A stretch of 32,000 nt of DNA from Candidatus Thorarchaeota archaeon (GTDB lineage Archaea; Asgardarchaeota; Heimdallarchaeia; Hodarchaeales; Hodarchaeaceae): assembly GCA_048882505.1 (NCBI GenBank), contig JBHLRO010000024.1, forward strand, positions 1 to 32,000, written 5' to 3'. Position 1 is the stretch's first letter; each line of letters starts with the position of its first letter. This document shows positions 25,600 through 32,000 of this stretch, one piece after another. A model generated the notes under the pieces. That model worked only from the letters and a program-made list of their open reading frames with translations. It had not been told where the DNA came from and did not search any database. A program made the translations under genes and the position numbers.

Positions 25600-26043
25600 T
25601 CACATCACTATCTGATACTTTTGTGCAAGCTGAATTAGCTCTTGCCTGCGTCCCTCAAGTGCTTGTGCGAACTGAAAGTAATTGCTTTGGAGTTGTTTTA
25701 CGCTTTGTTCCAAACTAGTTACTTGGTTTTTGTTTTTTTCCTCTGAAAGGTCTCGAGAGATCTGAAGATTGATACCAGAGCCTATTGAGACAAAAGCAGT
25801 GTCAGGATCCTTTACTGTACAAAGAATAAGATTAGATCCTCCAATTGGGACCAGTATTTCATCTCCGGATTTTGCATGCTTTAGTTCTTCTTGGATTTTG
25901 ATTGCATCATTGATGGAATCTATGGCCCTTGCCGTAAGATTAAGCTGTTGTTCGATCGCGGAGAGCTGAAGCTGTACTTGATCAATTTCATACTGCAATG
26001 TTCGGATTTTCGTGACAATTTCGTTGGTGATTTCATTGGACAT
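25600..26043 (-). CDS. pfdA: Prefoldin subunit alpha
   Basis: Coiled coils flanking EILVPIGG...VSIGSG beta hairpins; conserved position between LX and ftsY. Confidence 0.92.
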   Translation of the reverse strand: MSNEITNEIVTKIRTLQYEIDQVQLQLSAIEQQLNLTARAIDSINDAIKIQEELKHAKSGDEILVPIGGSNLILCTVKDPDTAFVSIGSGINLQISRDLSEEKNKNQVTSLEQSVKQLQSNYFQFAQALEGRRQELIQLAQKYQIVM

Positions 26044-26047
26044 AGGA

Positions 26048-26311
26048 TTAATCTCTCCCAAAAGGAATTTTGAAATCAGTAGAGATTAATTGCTTAATCA
26101 TTGGGTCTTGAACGTCATCAGGGGAAATTTCCTGAATGGAAGATACTCGAATTTGATTCCTCTTCAACCGATTACAACTACCCAAATCTTGCATTAGTTT
26201 TTCAATTGCGTTTTCTTCCGTGGTCTCACATAACTCCTTGGAAAAAGCAGTAACTTTGTTTCGTTGTTTGAACTTCCCCTTAATACGAAAAATTTTTACT
26301 TCTTGTGTCAA
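26048..26311 (-). CDS. rplX: 50S ribosomal protein eL20 (L18Ae/LX)
   Basis: VKIFRIKG..FSKE..AIEKL...LGS..RLKRNQI; TTG start. Confidence 0.9.
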   Translation of the reverse strand: MTQEVKIFRIKGKFKQRNKVTAFSKELCETTEENAIEKLMQDLGSCNRLKRNQIRVSSIQEISPDDVQDPMIKQLISTDFKIPFGRD

Positions 26312-26345
26312 GTTGTTGAACCTTCCTAGTAAGTATGATTGTCAT

Positions 26346-26999
26346 TTATGGTATGAATACCCGGGTAAACTCCATGAGTTCGATACCAGTCGTTTCCCGT
26401 CCTATAAACATCCCTTTTGAATTTCCAAAAATGCCCGACGCTACAAATTCTGAACCTTTATTAACACTACCAATTCCTACTTCTTTCAATTTGAGAATGG
26501 ACTTTATTTCAGCTATCTCATCCTCTTTTGATAATGGGGAAAATAAACCACCGTTATTATTTGCGTATGCTAGGCTACCCACCAAATCCGAGTTTGCGAG
26601 AGTTTTGGGTTCGATAGGTACATCCAATGTATCTGAGATTTCTTTTCGAATCTCATTAGGGATAATTGGCGAGATAATACCTCCCTGATCGTTCACAAGA
26701 GCCACGTTTCCAAAGGCGAAGAATTCAGGGGCCTGATAGACAGGTAATTGGGTATTCTTAAGCTGTCCTAGTACCTCTGCGGAAATAACCTTTGATACAA
26801 CTAATCCATACGAATTTCCTGCTACCAAACTTCCAAGAATGGTATCTGATACAAGGAAGACATCGGCCTGAAGGCGCCGTTTCATGAGATCGATAAGTTT
26901 GGGAGGAGAAGTAATGGGACCGAAGGCATAGGCCTCCGCAGCAAATAAGGGTACACCGATATGCTGACTACCTAAGAAGTCTATAAGTTCGATCTCCAT
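26346..26999 (-). CDS. eif6: Translation initiation factor 6 (aIF6)
   Basis: GSLVAGNSYG, GNVALVND, GSVNKGSEFVASG pentein repeats. Confidence 0.93.
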   Translation of the reverse strand: MEIELIDFLGSQHIGVPLFAAEAYAFGPITSPPKLIDLMKRRLQADVFLVSDTILGSLVAGNSYGLVVSKVISAEVLGQLKNTQLPVYQAPEFFAFGNVALVNDQGGIISPIIPNEIRKEISDTLDVPIEPKTLANSDLVGSLAYANNNGGLFSPLSKEDEIAEIKSILKLKEVGIGSVNKGSEFVASGIFGNSKGMFIGRETTGIELMEFTRVFIP

Positions 27000-27078
27000 A
27001 GATTAGGCCTCCGCTTCGGTAGATTTTTGGTATAAGCATATTATTTGGGAAAAACCTTGACATAAAGGAGGTGAGAGA

Positions 27079-27363
27079 TTATTCCAAAAATACGCTAACT
27101 CGATCATCTTCTGTTTTTACAGCCCGAATACGGATTTTTCGGGGTGGGTGTTGAATGCCGCGTGCCCACATAAATGCATTAACCACAGGATCTATACTGA
27201 GTTCATCATCACTACATCGCATATGACGCTTGATAAAATCCTTGAGATGACGAACAGCTCGAGGAGTTCGTTGGGGACGCGGGATGTTTCTTCCATAGAT
27301 CTTCTTTCCAAAAGGAATCGTGTAGATTCGTTCTTCAACAATAGTCTCTGGGGATTCACTCAA
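27079..27363 (-). CDS. rpl31e: 50S ribosomal protein eL31
   Basis: ERIYTIP, RTPRAV, MWARGIQHPPRKIRI; TTG start. Confidence 0.95.
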   Translation of the reverse strand: MSESPETIVEERIYTIPFGKKIYGRNIPRPQRTPRAVRHLKDFIKRHMRCSDDELSIDPVVNAFMWARGIQHPPRKIRIRAVKTEDDRVSVFLE

Positions 27364-27377
27364 CGAGATATCCTTCC

Positions 27378-27533
27378 TCAGGGCTTAATTTTGGTTCTAC
27401 GCCAATGTCTTCTCTTTGGATGGCTAGTGACGGTACGGTTTGTCTTGAGAATGACCCATGTCGGTACTGTCTGATTCTGAGTATATTTTTTCGCAAGACG
27501 TAGCTTTTTCGCAGGAGGTTTATTGCGTGCCAG
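27378..27533 (-). CDS. rpl39e: 50S ribosomal protein eL39 (51 aa; not in the ORF track)
   Basis: Hand translation: (M)[50 protein letters not shown]. The codon at the conserved Met position is CTG; an in-frame GTG lies at 27542. Confidence 0.95.
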   Translation of the reverse strand: MARNKPPAKKLRLAKKYTQNQTVPTWVILKTNRTVTSHPKRRHWRRTKIKP

Positions 27534-27542
27534 TTTTATCAC

Positions 27543-28211
27543 CTAGTTTTTTGCAAGTTTTACTGTCGGCCCCATAGTAGTTTTGAAACTCACTGATTTG
27601 ACTTGAACCATTCCTTTCGGGAGTCTTCCGGAAATAGCTTGTAGAATTGTAGACGCGTTCTCTGCTAAATCTTTGTCTGGCTGATTAATTTTTCCAATTG
27701 GGGCATTAATTACGGGGCTGGACTTTAATCTTAGTTTGACTGTCCTGTCATATCGATTAACCAATTGCTGTAGATCGGTTCTAGGGGAAATAGGTTTTGG
27801 CATTTTACCCCTCGGACCTAGTACTTTTCCCAAGAATCGAGCCACGACCGCCATCAATTGAGGTTGTGCCAGGAAGAATGTAAATTCATTTGCCAGCTTT
27901 TTTGCAGATTTAGGTTCCTTACCAAGCTGTTCGATTTCCTCCCGACCGATGGTTCGAAGGCCTAGATCGTTAGTTCGGACAGCCAGATCTCCTTCTGCAA
28001 AAACAGCAACCTTTGGTGATCTCGAGGCCGCTCCCAGATCGTTTGGCACTATAGTTTCCAGATTAATCCTGTTGGAAGGGTTTTTCAAATCCAAATCCCG
28101 TAAACCAATGGAGATCTCTACTGTTTCTTCGAAATTACGTTTCCTTCGCTCCTGGCTTTTGGTTTTCGCTTGGGAAATAGCTTCTTCCAATCGACTTGAC
28201 GTGTAAGACAC
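27543..28211 (-). CDS. rpl1: 50S ribosomal protein uL1
   Basis: RNFEETVEISIGL, LGKVLGPRGKMPKP, KTTMGP; GTG start. Confidence 0.96.
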   Translation of the reverse strand: MSYTSSRLEEAISQAKTKSQERRKRNFEETVEISIGLRDLDLKNPSNRINLETIVPNDLGAASRSPKVAVFAEGDLAVRTNDLGLRTIGREEIEQLGKEPKSAKKLANEFTFFLAQPQLMAVVARFLGKVLGPRGKMPKPISPRTDLQQLVNRYDRTVKLRLKSSPVINAPIGKINQPDKDLAENASTILQAISGRLPKGMVQVKSVSFKTTMGPTVKLAKN

Positions 28212-28375
28212 GATAAACCACTTAACTTGCGAATTACTACTGTTTTTGGTTGTTTTGACCTGGCTATTTTATTTTTTCAGTTCACGATTAGAAATAAAGC
28301 CAGTTTATACAGTCAAGTGTACATAAGTCTAGGCATGAACAACATCAAAAAATCCTATATTTATGGTGAAACTCG

Positions 28376-28849
28376 ATGACAACGACAGTTGAAGCACTTG
28401 TAGACGCGGGACAAGCAACTCCAGGCCCAGCATTAGGGGGGTCTCTTGGACCATTGGGTGTAAACGTCAATGAGGTCATTTCGGAAATAAACAAGAGAAC
28501 TCAACAATTCAAAGGTATGAAAGTCCCAATTACAATTGAAGTGGATGATAATCGGAAATACACCATTACAGTTGGAATACCTCCGACGGCTTCATTGCTA
28601 TTAGGAGAGGTTAAGGTCGAAAAAGGTTCTGGTACCCCCAATACTGAAAAAATTGGAAATATAACGATGAATCAGGTTATTAAAATTGCTAGGATGAAAC
28701 ATGATACCATGTTAGCGATAGATTTGCGTAGTGCAGTCAAAGAGGTCATTGGCACTTGTGTCTCAATCGGACTCTCAGTAGACAATAAAGATCCAAAAGA
28801 AATACTTTTGGATATCAATAAAGGGAATTATAACAAGTATTTTGATTAA
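28376..28849 (+). CDS. rpl11: 50S ribosomal protein uL11
   Basis: GQATPGPALG, GLNV-like motif, VGIPPTASLL, EVIGTCVSIG. Confidence 0.96.
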   Translation: MTTTVEALVDAGQATPGPALGGSLGPLGVNVNEVISEINKRTQQFKGMKVPITIEVDDNRKYTITVGIPPTASLLLGEVKVEKGSGTPNTEKIGNITMNQVIKIARMKHDTMLAIDLRSAVKEVIGTCVSIGLSVDNKDPKEILLDINKGNYNKYFD

Positions 28850-28851
28850 AC

Positions 28852-30084
28852 ATGGTTGGGTCTTCGATTGAATCTCTTATCGGGATTCGAGGATTCTCAA
28901 CCCCAGCCATAATTGGCATGGGAGGGGTGATAAGGCAGCATTTTTCCGATTTTATAGTTCGAGAAATACTGCCTAATGGTTCCCCAATATCTGATGGATC
29001 AAAAATTGGATTTGGAGCCATTGGCGGGTTATATGTGCACTGTATTCTCCAAAAATCAGGATTAGATACCTTTACCGCCATTAGAAAGATCAGTAATTGT
29101 CTGAAAGTTTCTGAAGGAGATTTTGGATATGCTGGATTAAAAGATGCGGAAGCAGTTACTTACCAAAGAATCTCCATTTGGAACATCCGGATTAATCGTG
29201 TAATCGCTATAGATTTACCTCAAATTAGGTTATTTAATCCAGTACGACAAAGATTTGCCGTTAAGATTGGGGATCTGATAGGGAACCATTTCGAAATAAC
29301 CATACGAAAGATTCAGAGGAACTGGAATTCCCTTATGTGGGAGGAATTTATGAGATCCATTTCATCGCGTGGTATATTGAATTATTTTATGGCCCAACGA
29401 TTTGGATCCCGCCGACCTATACTTCATCTAATTGGACGTTTTCTGATTCAAAAGAGATATACAGAGGTGATACGTACATATTTGGGGCATACCAGTTTAT
29501 TAGAGAATCCAAAAATTACGGAATTACGAAAGAATTGGCTACAGAATTGGAAAGAAGGCGAAGAGATAAAAAATGCTTTTATATTCCCAAATTCATATCA
29601 TATCGAAAATATTATGCTCAAAGGATTGAAAAGGGGGTTACCTGCAAGAAGTATCATCGAAAACCTTCCCCAAGCTTTTCTACGATTGGCGATTTCGGCG
29701 TACCAATCCTATCTCTATAATATAGTGCTTAGTTATCTAAATAAGTCTCATATCATTACGAAAAACACTCTTATTCCTTTGATAGGTTATCAAAGCCCTA
29801 AACATAAACATTTATTCTCTGAGTTAGTATGGGATACCATGAATGAGATTTTAGAGGATGAGGCAGTTGATTTTGATTGCTTTCGGCATGTAGAATTACC
29901 ATGGCTGCGTTCAAAAGGATCAAAACGCAATGCGGTGGTATATCCCACCAATTTCGAACGATTCAGGTTAGCTAGTTCAGCAATAAAAGTGGCGTTTTCC
30001 CTTCCTAAAGGATCCTATGGAACAGCAGTTATGAGAGAATTATTGAAAGACCAAAGGGATCTTGAAATGGGTCATTCAGGGTAG
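28852..30084 (+). CDS. truD: tRNA pseudouridine(13) synthase TruD/Pus7
   Basis: DFIVRE, YAGLKDAEAVTYQ, GNHFEI, NYF..QRFG, FSLPKGSYGT. Confidence 0.95.
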   Translation: MVGSSIESLIGIRGFSTPAIIGMGGVIRQHFSDFIVREILPNGSPISDGSKIGFGAIGGLYVHCILQKSGLDTFTAIRKISNCLKVSEGDFGYAGLKDAEAVTYQRISIWNIRINRVIAIDLPQIRLFNPVRQRFAVKIGDLIGNHFEITIRKIQRNWNSLMWEEFMRSISSRGILNYFMAQRFGSRRPILHLIGRFLIQKRYTEVIRTYLGHTSLLENPKITELRKNWLQNWKEGEEIKNAFIFPNSYHIENIMLKGLKRGLPARSIIENLPQAFLRLAISAYQSYLYNIVLSYLNKSHIITKNTLIPLIGYQSPKHKHLFSELVWDTMNEILEDEAVDFDCFRHVELPWLRSKGSKRNAVVYPTNFERFRLASSAIKVAFSLPKGSYGTAVMRELLKDQRDLEMGHSG

Positions 30085-30476
30085 AAAATATTTTCCTCTA
30101 TTCTTCCACTAAGTGAGCCAGTTTTTATAAGGGTCTGAATAGCCTTTTCAACAGAGGTAGATGAAACTCCCTTTATTTCAATTTGATCTATTGACGTTGG
30201 TTCTCGGATTAAAGAAACAGCTTGGAGAAGAGTTTCCTTTTTTGACATCCCCGAACCTATCTCATCGCCTTTGATTTTTTTCAATGAGGCCTTAATCGAC
30301 GCGCCGCAAGTTGGGCACCGGAAACTTCCCATAATAGTCAGTGTCACGCGTCCTTCTTTATCTGGCATTGGGCTGACTAGCTGCCAGGTCTTACTAGGTG
30401 GCGTCTCGACCGGATTGATTGTGGTATCACACTTTTTACAGACAATCGTTTTACTACGCTTTTTCTTTGGAGGCAT
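30072..30476 (-). CDS. Zn-ribbon (Cren7-like) protein with a C-terminal winged-helix/PCI-like segment
   Basis: CKKC...PSKTWQLVSPMPDKEGRVTLTIMGSFRCPTCG, then LIKTGSLSGRIEENIF. ATG 30476 follows a GGAGA motif. 13-nt convergent overlap with truD. Confidence 0.65.
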   Translation of the reverse strand: MPPKKKRSKTIVCKKCDTTINPVETPPSKTWQLVSPMPDKEGRVTLTIMGSFRCPTCGASIKASLKKIKGDEIGSGMSKKETLLQAVSLIREPTSIDQIEIKGVSSTSVEKAIQTLIKTGSLSGRIEENIFYPE

Positions 30477-30510
30477 ATGAACTTCTCCCACAAAACACAA
30501 ACAGAGCTAA

Positions 30511-30738
30511 TTAGGTTGAAACTAGTTGGATCGAGGTTTTCAAACAGGCATGGCACAGTTCTCCCCCGTAAGGGCGGGCCGCATGCCGAGTACTCCTGGT
30601 TCTTTTTCTTCTATGCAAATGAATTATCGCTCCACAGATCCGACAATGACCCTTAGAGGGTTTTTTCTTTGTAGAATGGCGAAGAGATCGGGCTCCCGGG
30701 CTTTTCTTTTGAGTAGTTCCCTTTTTAGTAGTTACCAA
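30511..30738 (-). CDS. rpl34e: 50S ribosomal protein eL34
   Basis: SPGAR..H..KKPSKGHCRICG...RPYGGELCHACLK; conserved position after DUF106; TTG start. Confidence 0.9.
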   Translation of the reverse strand: MVTTKKGTTQKKSPGARSLRHSTKKKPSKGHCRICGAIIHLHRRKRTRSTRHAARPYGGELCHACLKTSIQLVST

Positions 30739-30803
30739 GTACTTAAATCTCCAAACAATTCATGACGAAATCCTTTTCAAACTTGTCATTAGTATCTTCA
30801 TGT

Positions 30804-31382
30804 TTATTCTGGCTGCAGGCCGAATGCTCTTCTGAAAATACCCGAAAACAGCAATGAGCCTGCCATGTACCACATGTAATAGAACGGTACAAAAACTCGC
30901 CCCCACTCTGGATGTACAATATTCCTTCCTGTCGGAAGGATAATGAGGGATTCAGGGAGGTTAAACGGTATTACAGCAGGTAAGGTACCATGAGCTTCCC
31001 AAACCCCGTTTACCTCGACGAATCCGGGATCATAATATGCATTGAATACGGCAAAAAATACAAAAATTGGAATAATTAGAATTAATGTCGGTTTCAATTG
31101 CATCCTACTCAGTTCGGATTGCACACGTCGCATACGGTCAGCCTCGTGCTCATACTGTTTTTTTAGTTTCACATCAGCCGTTTTAAGCATTCGAGTACGC
31201 AGTTTTTGATAGCGTTTCGTCTCTCTAGTAAGCCTGCGCAGCTTATCTGTGTCAGTAAGGTATCTAGCAAGCACTGCAGAGATAAGTGCGACAATGAAGG
31301 AAATCAAGAGGATAAAGATGGATGATAGGGGAGGTTCGGTTGGGGGAAACTGGGCCACAGGCAATACATTCACATCAAGCAT
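30804..31382 (-). CDS. EMC3/TMCO1-family (DUF106, Oxa1 superfamily) membrane insertase
   Basis: TM1 - coiled coil (LTDTDKLRR...MQLKP) - TM2...WYMAGS TM3 topology; synteny with L34e. Confidence 0.88.
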   Translation of the reverse strand: MLDVNVLPVAQFPPTEPPLSSIFILLISFIVALISAVLARYLTDTDKLRRLTRETKRYQKLRTRMLKTADVKLKKQYEHEADRMRRVQSELSRMQLKPTLILIIPIFVFFAVFNAYYDPGFVEVNGVWEAHGTLPAVIPFNLPESLIILPTGRNIVHPEWGRVFVPFYYMWYMAGSLLFSGIFRRAFGLQPE

Positions 31383-31531
31383 GTTGTGCTATCATTAGAG
31401 GGTCTAGTTGTATATAAATCCGTATAACACTTTCCTGCTGTTTTACATCCAAGTTCTCGGCCGTTTTTTATCATTGATTTCTTGATATTATTCCCCCAGC
31501 TAAACACCAAATTTATTGGAATATGGGGTCA

Positions 31532-31999
31532 TTAAGCCTTACGGACGATTTTCTTTGCTTCTAGTGCGTAATATAGCACTTCAGCCACGGATCGATCCTT
31601 GGTTCGGTTATCATGACGCAATCGCGCAACACGGTTAAAGCGGTTAATCTCTTCCTGAGCTCGTCGTGCCTCAATATGCAAACCCTCTTTTTGAGCTGTC
31701 TCTAGAACCTGCTCGATTTCGGAGAAGTCCGTTTCTCCCTCTAAGGTAATTTTCAGCATGGCACTTACCATCGAAGCTCTTACATAGCCTCGTAAGTGAT
31801 CGGTATCTTTTGTAATCTGAATTGCTTCTTCTATCAAATCCTGGGCAGTACTCAAAAATGTAATATCAAAATAAATCCGATATCGATATATCGAAATGAT
31901 TGCTAATGAAATTAGGGCGCCATAAAGATCAGAGATTCGTGCACGGTTCTTTCGACGTAAAATATAGTTATATAACTCTTCGGCTCGAGCCAAATTTAA
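31532..31999 (-). CDS. C-terminal part of an alpha-helical (TPR-like) protein, 5' end outside the window
   Basis: Frame stays open upstream of TTG 31993 to the window edge; Ala/Leu-rich helical repeats. Confidence 0.6.
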   Translation of the reverse strand, partial: LNLARAEELYNYILRRKNRARISDLYGALISLAIISIYRYRIYFDITFLSTAQDLIEEAIQITKDTDHLRGYVRASMVSAMLKITLEGETDFSEIEQVLETAQKEGLHIEARRAQEEINRFNRVARLRHDNRTKDRSVAEVLYYALEAKKIVRKA

Positions 32000-32000
32000 T

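Noticed and set aside
8955-30765. Remaining antisense and nested ORF-track calls inside cdc6, aglB, valS, rpoB, ftsY, ribosomal protein genes and truD
   Set aside because: They lie essentially within well-supported genes on another frame or strand and have no independent motifs.

Overview
Archaeal chromosomal window, most consistent with an Asgard (Heimdallarchaeia/Hodarchaeales-like) genome. This lineage call is inferred from gene content and protein style only. Bases ~8.4-32 kb are mostly housekeeping: cdc6/orc1, DP1, aglB, valS, a stand-alone unsplit rpoB, secE-spt5-rpl10, ftsY-pfdA-LX-eIF6-L31e-L39e-L1, L11-truD, L34e and an EMC3/DUF106 insertase. The first ~5 kb is the notable part: a CRISPR-Cas-derived module with no CRISPR array in the window. 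It has a >659-aa ORF (absent from the ORF track, runs off the left edge) with a Cas1-like catalytic motif set, Zn-binding clusters and Cas1-like beta segments in permuted order. This ORF is divergent from an operon of PD-(D/E)XK nuclease, Cas7-like RAMP and a Cas5-like RAMP fused to a Cas10-type circularly permuted HD domain, followed by a wHTH regulator. A single CRISPR-repeat-like palindrome, a long hairpin and degenerate repeats lie inside or next to the operon and are candidate guide or end elements. A ~1 kb non-coding region upstream of DUF6788-cdc6 is a candidate replication origin with non-canonical ORB-like sites. All protein assignments are by-eye motif recognition; no searches were run.
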